Shown: positions 38,579-44,325 of the stretch, piece by piece
Layout: every line of letters begins with the position of its first letter
Position numbering within the stretch: position 1 is the first letter of the stretch
From: Armatimonadota bacterium
GTDB lineage: Bacteria > Armatimonadota > SYMT01
Assembly (NCBI GenBank): GCA_046292385.1
Contig: JBKBRF010000052.1
Coordinates: forward strand, 1 to 44,325
Length of the DNA stretch: 44,325 nucleotides
Direction of reading: 5' to 3'
The notes under the pieces: generated by a model
The model's input: only the letters and a program-made list of their open reading frames with translations
The model's database searches: none
Told to the model about the DNA's origin: nothing
Program-made: the position numbers and the translations under genes

Positions 38579-40060
38579 ATGAGTAATCCCGAGGGCGATC
38601 TTTGTTCCGTCCTGTACTGCGCGGTTGCCCACTCGCCCTCGGCTGTGGCCGTGAGCGAGGGGCCTGAACAGGTCCTGCGTCACCTGAACCCGGCCTTTCG
38701 CCGGCTCTACCCGGGAGCGGCAGAGCACCGCCTGGGGCAGCCCACCACGGTGAGCGACCTCCACCGCGCCATTCAGGAAAGCCTGGTAGAGCGAGGGCGA
38801 GCCGACTACACTCGGCACCCAGCCACGACGTTGAGGCCCAATCGTCCGCCGCCTGAGGACGCGCCAATCCGATTCTCCCTGATAAACACCGTCACTTACC
38901 CCGGAGCCGATGCAGGGACCGAGGCGGAGGAGACGGCCGATTCTGAAGTGATCGCCGACCTTACCGAGGCGAACCAGCAGCTCGTGATCACGGGACTGCG
39001 TGCGCAGGAGCTGGCCGAGCGCGCGCGGCGCGCCGAAGAACGGCTGGTACGGGCGCTGGTGGCCTCGCGCATGGTGGCATGGGAGTGGGAATGCGCTCCA
39101 GACCGAGTGTATCTATCGGAAACGGCCTCGGAGGTTTTCGGGCTGCCGCCGGAGCGGACTCTCTCGAGCTACGCGGAGCTGTTTGACCTCGTGCATCCGG
39201 AGGACCGGGAGCGATATCGAGACGCCATCGCCACCGCTCCGAGCCGTGGGGGCGGTTACGTCTGCCAGTTCCGAGTGGTGCGACCCGCCGACGGGGTGGA
39301 GATCTGGATGGAAGACCACGGCCGGGTGAGCCGTGATGTGAGTGGGAGGGTAGTCGCCGTCAACGGCGTGATCCTTGATATTACGAGCGTGAAGGGTGCA
39401 GAGAAGGAGTATGCGCAGCTCCTTGCGAGCGAGCAGCGCAAGTCGCGCCAGCTGATGGTGGCTACGCGAGAAGCACACCACCGGATCAAGAACAACCTGC
39501 AGTCCGTGACGGACCTCCTGTCGCTGGAATTAGACCAAGCGGATGCCGGCACGGCATCGGTCCTGCACAACTGCATGGATCGGATCCAGGCGATCGCGGC
39601 AATTCACGATCTCCTCTCGCACGAAAGCGAGATGGAGAGCATCGAGGTGGCCGAGGCGCTGCAAAGACTCGTGCCGATGGTGCTCACCGGCCAGAATCTA
39701 GCGGAGGAGTCCGTTACGGTGACGCTGCACTGTGACCCCGCGCGACTGCCCTCGCGCCACGCGACCCGCTTCGCGCTGATTCTCACAGAGCTGATCAGCA
39801 ATGCCGTCAAGCACGGCCTCGCACACAGGCAAAGAGGCCACCTGGACATCTCTTTCGCGACCGAGGAGGCGGGGTTTCGGCTCACCGTCCAGGATGACGG
39901 CCTGGGCCTCCCTCCCGGGTTCCTGCTCGAGCGGGATAGCAACGTGGGACTGCAGGTGGTGGAAGCGCTCGTCAGCGGTATGAACGGGCGGCTGCGCTTA
40001 ACGAATGAGCGTGGCGCCCGCGCCGAAGTCTTCCTCCCCCACGAAGGGATAGTCGGCTAG
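38579..40060 (+). CDS. Soluble PAS-domain histidine kinase, HisKA_2/HWE class
   Basis: H-box EAHHRIKNNLQ, ELISNAVKHG, DDGLG; PAS_3 (WEWE...VHPEDR...W...G..LDIT); degenerate N-terminal PAS. Start could be 38546. Confidence 0.9.
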   Translation: MSNPEGDLCSVLYCAVAHSPSAVAVSEGPEQVLRHLNPAFRRLYPGAAEHRLGQPTTVSDLHRAIQESLVERGRADYTRHPATTLRPNRPPPEDAPIRFSLINTVTYPGADAGTEAEETADSEVIADLTEANQQLVITGLRAQELAERARRAEERLVRALVASRMVAWEWECAPDRVYLSETASEVFGLPPERTLSSYAELFDLVHPEDRERYRDAIATAPSRGGGYVCQFRVVRPADGVEIWMEDHGRVSRDVSGRVVAVNGVILDITSVKGAEKEYAQLLASEQRKSRQLMVATREAHHRIKNNLQSVTDLLSLELDQADAGTASVLHNCMDRIQAIAAIHDLLSHESEMESIEVAEALQRLVPMVLTGQNLAEESVTVTLHCDPARLPSRHATRFALILTELISNAVKHGLAHRQRGHLDISFATEEAGFRLTVQDDGLGLPPGFLLERDSNVGLQVVEALVSGMNGRLRLTNERGARAEVFLPHEGIVG

Positions 40061-40164
40061 ACCCCGCCGCCCCTACCCTTTGCTGACGTGTGAGCGCCGT
40101 TCTTTGGGAACGTCTCCCGGACTCCAGACATGCGAGCGCCGAACCACCACTCCCGTGTGACTCG

Positions 40165-40815
40165 ATGAAACTGCTGGCGGTGAGCGATCTACACGGGGAC
40201 CTGCAATCGGTCTGGACCGCGCTGGAGGCGGCGGAGCCGGACGTGCTGCTCTGCTGCGGAGACTGGGGCGATCCCGGGGAGGTCGATCCGGAGGCGCTGC
40301 AGGCCTTTACGGAGCGCCTGCCGGTCTACACCGTCTTCGGAAACCACGACGACCTGCAGGTCCTGGAAGAGTGGGAGAATCGCGACGGCTCGCCGGTGCT
40401 GCTTCCCCAGGGCGGCACGCAGCAGGTCGGAGCGCTGGTGCTGGCCGGAATCAGCGGCATCTGGGCCAAGAGCCACCGGAAGCCCTATTACGTCACCGAC
40501 GAGGACGTCGACGAAGCCGCGCTGCGAGTGCAGGCTTCCGGGGCGAGAGTCGATATCCTGCTCTCCCACGGCTGCCCCAGCGGCGTAGCGGACCTCGCCT
40601 GGGGCAACCGCCACGCGGGCCAGCGCTGCTTCCTCCGTGCTTTCCAGCTCCTGCGCCCGCGGCTCTACCTGACCGGCCACCTCCACCGCGCGCAAGAGCA
40701 CCGCACCCATTCCGGCGAGATCGTGCGGAATGTCGGCGCCACCCCCACCGGCGACGCGGTCCTGATCACCGTCAACGGGCGTGAGCTGGAGGTGACGGCG
40801 CTGCGACTCGGATAG
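40165..40815 (+). CDS. Calcineurin-like metallophosphoesterase
   Basis: SDLHG, GDWG, GNHD, SH, GHLH motifs. Confidence 0.92.
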   Translation: MKLLAVSDLHGDLQSVWTALEAAEPDVLLCCGDWGDPGEVDPEALQAFTERLPVYTVFGNHDDLQVLEEWENRDGSPVLLPQGGTQQVGALVLAGISGIWAKSHRKPYYVTDEDVDEAALRVQASGARVDILLSHGCPSGVADLAWGNRHAGQRCFLRAFQLLRPRLYLTGHLHRAQEHRTHSGEIVRNVGATPTGDAVLITVNGRELEVTALRLG

Positions 40816-40872
40816 AAAACTTCTTCGGAGCGCCGGCGCAACCAACGCAGCGCGGCGCCGTTTAGAGATGGC

Positions 40873-41316
40873 ATGGACGAGCGGGTTTTCCTGGGTCTGG
40901 GCAGCAACCTCGGCGAGCGCGGTGAGAACCTGCGCCAGGCGCTGCGGCAGCTCGGCGAGCTGCCGGGGACGGAGGTGGTGCGGGTCTCCGCCTTCGTGGA
41001 GAGCGCGCCGTGGGGCGTGACGGACCAGCCCGGCTTCCTGAACGCGGTGGCGGAGATTCGCACGGCGCTGGAACCCGGGGCCCTGCTTCGCGCCGTCAAA
41101 GAGATAGAGCGGAAAGTCGGGCGCGCGCCGACCTATCGCTGGGGTCCGCGGCTGATCGACATCGACCTGCTGCTCTACGGCGCCCGCCGGGTGAGCACGC
41201 CGGAGCTGACCGTCCCCCATCCCCACCTGCTGGAGCGGGAGTTCGTCACCGGCCCGCTGGAGCAGATCGCGCCGGAAGTGCTGGAGGAGCTGCGTCGTGC
41301 CGCTGTTTCGCTATGA
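40873..41316 (+). CDS. folK: 6-hydroxymethyl-7,8-dihydropterin pyrophosphokinase
   Basis: LGLGSNLG, QPGFLNAV, RWGPRLIDIDLL, LTVPHP...REFV. Confidence 0.96.
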   Translation: MDERVFLGLGSNLGERGENLRQALRQLGELPGTEVVRVSAFVESAPWGVTDQPGFLNAVAEIRTALEPGALLRAVKEIERKVGRAPTYRWGPRLIDIDLLLYGARRVSTPELTVPHPHLLEREFVTGPLEQIAPEVLEELRRAAVSL

Positions 41317-42544
41317 GGCGCTGGACGGTACCGGCAACCCGGTGACCGCTTACATGCAGGAGCTGGACGAGCAAGCCGTCTCCCGCCGCCTCGCCGCCCA
41401 GGGATACCGGCCGGTCTCGATCGAGGTGGCGCAGCGGGGCCTGCGGGCGTCGGCCGCAGGCCTGGCCGCGGGCGCTCCCGCCGCGGCCACGCAGTCGGCC
41501 CCGGCGCCGGTCTCCCGCCTTAGCGCGCCGGAGCGGTCGATCGCGCGGATGCTCCACCAGCTCCACATCTCCTTCCGCGCCGGCATGCCGGCCTACCAGG
41601 CGGTCTCCACCGTCGCCGGCCAGGTGCACGACCGCTCCCTGCGCCAGGTACTGGTGGAGGTGGCGCAGGGCGTGCAGCGCGGCGAGCGGCTCTCGGACCA
41701 GATGGAGCGGTATCCCCGCATCTTCTCCCGCGGCGACGTCGGCACGGTGCGAGCGGCGGAGCTGGGCGGCTTCCTGCCGGAAGCGTTCCAGGCGCTGGCG
41801 GACCAGCACGAGCAGGACGACAACACCCGCCGCCGGCTGGCGATCTGGGTCTGGTTCGCTCACTCGAACGTCGTCACGCTCGCGGTGCTGATCGCCTTCT
41901 CGGCCTTCTTCGGCGCGGCGCTCCGGAACTTCGACGTGGGCGTGGGCATGCAGGCGATTGGCAGCACCTTCCTGCGGGTCTCACTGCCGATCCTGGTGCT
42001 CTACTTCGGCGGCCTCGCCTACTTCTCGCACGTGCGCCGCAGCGGCGGAGAGCTGACGCGGAAGTGGCACCGGTCGCTGCTGAAGCTGCCAGTGATCGGG
42101 CGGATCAACTTTCTCCGGGCCAGCGCGGTCTTCACCCGGATGCTGGAGCGGCTCTACCACGCCGGCGTGAGCGGGACTACCGCCTGGGACACCGCCGCCG
42201 CCGCGGTCCCGAACCTCTATCTCTCGGACCGCTTCCTCTCCGGCCGCGGTGCCGTGGAGACCACCGGCCGCCTGAGCGCCGGAATGGAGCAGACCGGCGT
42301 GCTGGAACCGGCGGACGTGGGGATGGTCGCGACCGGCGAGACCACCGGTGACATCCCCCAGGCGCTCCACTACCTGGCCAACCGGTACGAAGAAGACACC
42401 CGCGTGGCGCTCGGCGCCGGCGTGCTGCGAGGAGCGATCTCGTTCACCCTCTGGGCTTTCCTGCTCGGCGCCATCGGGTTCGCCATCCTGATGCAGGGCT
42501 ACTACGGACAGATCTTCAAAGCTTTCGAAGAATGGCAGCAGTAG
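41297..42544 (+). CDS. Type IV pilus / type II secretion platform protein (PilC/GspF family), divergent copy
   Basis: MPLFRYEALD..G, two T2SSF repeats (GERLSDQM..YP..F...AAELGG; MVATGETTGDI), LKLPVIG. Confidence 0.88.
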   Translation: MPLFRYEALDGTGNPVTAYMQELDEQAVSRRLAAQGYRPVSIEVAQRGLRASAAGLAAGAPAAATQSAPAPVSRLSAPERSIARMLHQLHISFRAGMPAYQAVSTVAGQVHDRSLRQVLVEVAQGVQRGERLSDQMERYPRIFSRGDVGTVRAAELGGFLPEAFQALADQHEQDDNTRRRLAIWVWFAHSNVVTLAVLIAFSAFFGAALRNFDVGVGMQAIGSTFLRVSLPILVLYFGGLAYFSHVRRSGGELTRKWHRSLLKLPVIGRINFLRASAVFTRMLERLYHAGVSGTTAWDTAAAAVPNLYLSDRFLSGRGAVETTGRLSAGMEQTGVLEPADVGMVATGETTGDIPQALHYLANRYEEDTRVALGAGVLRGAISFTLWAFLLGAIGFAILMQGYYGQIFKAFEEWQQ

Positions 42545-42672
42545 AAGGCAAAAGTTAGAAGGCAAAGGCTGAAGGCAAAAGGCTAAAGGCAAAAGTCCGA
42601 ACCCTGCGGACGAGAAGCTCTGCCGCCCGCCGGCAGCTCACTTTAGCCTTTAGCCTTTATACTTTTGCCTTT
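42543..42672. repeat. Heptamer tandem array with inverted counter-array
   Basis: About 8 AAAGGC(A/T)-like units (42543-42596), GC-rich spacer, then CTTTAGC CTTTAGC CTTTATA CTTTTGC CTTT (42641-42672). Confidence 0.85.
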
Positions 42673-42687
42673 AGGAGTGTTTTCCAA

Positions 42688-43887
42688 ATGCCGGTCTATA
42701 CCTATACAGCCAAGGACAGCCGCGGAAATGTTCAGCAGGGGGAGGTGGAAGCGGTCTCCGACTCCCAGGCGGTGGCGCAGCTCCGGGAGCAGGGGCTCTG
42801 GACCACCAACCTGAAGCGCCGCGGCGGCGGGGGGCGCGCGGAGGGCGAGCGGGGGGAAAAGCAGGAGACGAGCCTCTTTATGAAGCTCTTCCCACCGGTC
42901 TCCTCCAAAGACCTCTCTCTTTTCTACCGCCAGCTCTACACGATGCTGAACTCCGGCATGCCGCTCTACGGCTCTCTGGAGACGCTCGGCGGAACGCACC
43001 AGTCGCCGAACCAGCATCTCCGGCGGGTCGCCGCGACCATGGCGCAGATGGTGCTGGCGGGCCAGACGCTCTCCGCCGGGATGCGGCGCTTTCCGTGGCT
43101 CTTCGACAAGATGCAGCTCCGGATGGTCGAAGCCGGCGAGATGGGTGGACTGCTCGTCACGATCCTGGAGCGGCTCGCGGAGTACCTGGAGCGCGACTAC
43201 CAGCTCCGGCTGGAGATCAAGAAGAAAACCCTCTACCCCAAGCTGCTCCTGCTGGCCTTAATCCTGATCCCGCCGATCCCGATCCTGGTGCTGGGGGGGG
43301 TGGTCCCCTACCTGCTGGCGGTGTGGGGTACGGTTTCCACGGCCATCCTCTACGGCATCCCGACCTACGTTATGGTAAAGCTGCTGCTCACCACGCAGGC
43401 GGGTCGGGAGCTGTACGATCAGATCAAGCTCGGGCTGCCGGTGATCGGCCCGCTCGTCCGCAAGCTGGCGGTGGCGCGGTTCTCCCGCACCCTGGCGGCG
43501 CTCTACGGCGCGGGCGTTCCGATCGTGAGCGCGGTGACCATCTCCTCGGAGGCTACCGGCAACAGCGTGCTGGAGCGCGGCTGCCGCGTGGCGGCGCCCG
43601 CCATGGAGAAGGGCGGCTCGATCGGCCTGGCGCTCTCCGCGACCCGCTTCTTCCCGCCCATGTTTACCGGCATGGTGAGCACGGGTGAGACGACCGGCAG
43701 TCTGGATGATACGCTCAACAAGGCAGCGGACTTCTACGAGCAGGAAGCGCTCCATACCAGCGTCCAACTGGTCGTCATCCTCGGCGTGGTGCTGCTCCTC
43801 ATCATGGCGCTGATCATCGCGATCCAGGTCATCGGCGCCTGGGGCGGATATGCCGCGGGGGTTACCGGAGCAGGTGGCGGAGGCTAG
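42688..43887 (+). CDS. pilC: Type IV pilus / type II secretion platform protein (PilC/GspF family)
   Basis: MPVYTYTAKD..G, FYRQLYTMLNSG, AGEMGG, LYP, LPVIG, RFSRTLA, TGETTGSLD..L.KAADFYE. Confidence 0.93.
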   Translation: MPVYTYTAKDSRGNVQQGEVEAVSDSQAVAQLREQGLWTTNLKRRGGGGRAEGERGEKQETSLFMKLFPPVSSKDLSLFYRQLYTMLNSGMPLYGSLETLGGTHQSPNQHLRRVAATMAQMVLAGQTLSAGMRRFPWLFDKMQLRMVEAGEMGGLLVTILERLAEYLERDYQLRLEIKKKTLYPKLLLLALILIPPIPILVLGGVVPYLLAVWGTVSTAILYGIPTYVMVKLLLTTQAGRELYDQIKLGLPVIGPLVRKLAVARFSRTLAALYGAGVPIVSAVTISSEATGNSVLERGCRVAAPAMEKGGSIGLALSATRFFPPMFTGMVSTGETTGSLDDTLNKAADFYEQEALHTSVQLVVILGVVLLLIMALIIAIQVIGAWGGYAAGVTGAGGGG

Positions 43888-43890
43888 GCC

Positions 43891-44325
43891 GTGAGCGAGG
43901 GAAAGACCCACTACGAAGTCCTGGGTCTTTCCCCGGATGCTGATGCAGACCAGATCCGGAAGCGATTCCGGGAGCTGGCGCGCAAGTACCATCCGGACGT
44001 GAACCCCGGTCCCGGCGCCCACGAGATGTTCCTGCGCATCAACCAGGCCTACGACGTCCTGGGAGACGCCACCCGGCGCGCCTCGTACGACCTGACCCTG
44101 CGCGACCGCGCGCGCAAGCAGCAGCCGCCCCCGGGCGGACGACCCTCGCCCCCACCCGGAGCCGCCCGCGCCGGTGGCAGCCGCACCGGAGCGACCGCCG
44201 GTCGGCCGGGCGCGGGCGGCTCCGCGGCTTCAGGGCGGGGCACCGCTGGGGGGGGGAGGGGAAGTCGAGAGACCAAACTAATGGTCGGCTCCCCACCCCC
44301 AGACTACCTACACGGACCACTTCAT
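43891..44325 (+). CDS. J-domain (DnaJ-like) protein, incomplete at window end
   Basis: Not in the ORF track (no stop in window). GTG 43891 translates to VSEGKTHYEVLGL...RELARKYHPDVN...FLRINQAYDVLGD..RRASYD with the HPD motif, then a Pro/Gly-rich linker. Confidence 0.9.
   Translation, partial: MSEGKTHYEVLGLSPDADADQIRKRFRELARKYHPDVNPGPGAHEMFLRINQAYDVLGDATRRASYDLTLRDRARKQQPPPGGRPSPPPGAARAGGSRTGATAGRPGAGGSAASGRGTAGGGRGSRETKLMVGSPPPDYLHGPLH

Noticed and set aside
34266..40080. Prophage or integrative element
   Set aside because: No integrase, transposase, tRNA target or flanking direct repeats found.
42543..42672. CRISPR array (also considered for 19779-19925 and 26529-26615)
   Set aside because: Units are 7-10 nt, contiguous and inverted, with no unique spacers and no cas genes.

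Overview
GC-rich bacterial chromosomal segment with about 44 genes. No rRNA, tRNA, CRISPR array, transposase or integrase was seen. An outer-membrane barrel gene suggests a diderm host; the taxon cannot be fixed from sequence alone. Left part (minus strand): OmpR-type regulator, secreted protein, large sensor kinase, two single-domain receivers, hisC, tyrA and a lone oligopeptide ABC ATPase, preceded by an oppABC-like operon that has no ATPase. Middle: ROK kinase, USP, DUF1080 protein, FAD oxidoreductase, GGDEF cyclase, sugar epimerase, thioredoxin, and a hybrid kinase / sigma-54 (rpoN) / NtrC-type activator cluster. Next is a Mn-type MntR-troABCD operon in which both permeases carry C-terminal DtxR-like domains, followed by an outer-membrane barrel. 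A compositionally distinct block (~34.3-40.1 kb) encodes a KaiC-like ATPase signalling module without KaiA or KaiB. The right end has a metallophosphoesterase, folK, two pilC/gspF paralogues and an incomplete J-domain gene. Best leads: (1) the small protein + KaiC-wHTH + HisKA_2 kinase module; (2) a near-consensus sigma-54 promoter and terminator enclosing a ~60-nt candidate sRNA; (3) the three-DtxR-domain Mn operon; (4) three intergenic tandem-array/inverted-array hairpins with 7-, 8- and ~10-nt units. All calls come from reading motifs by eye; no searches were run.
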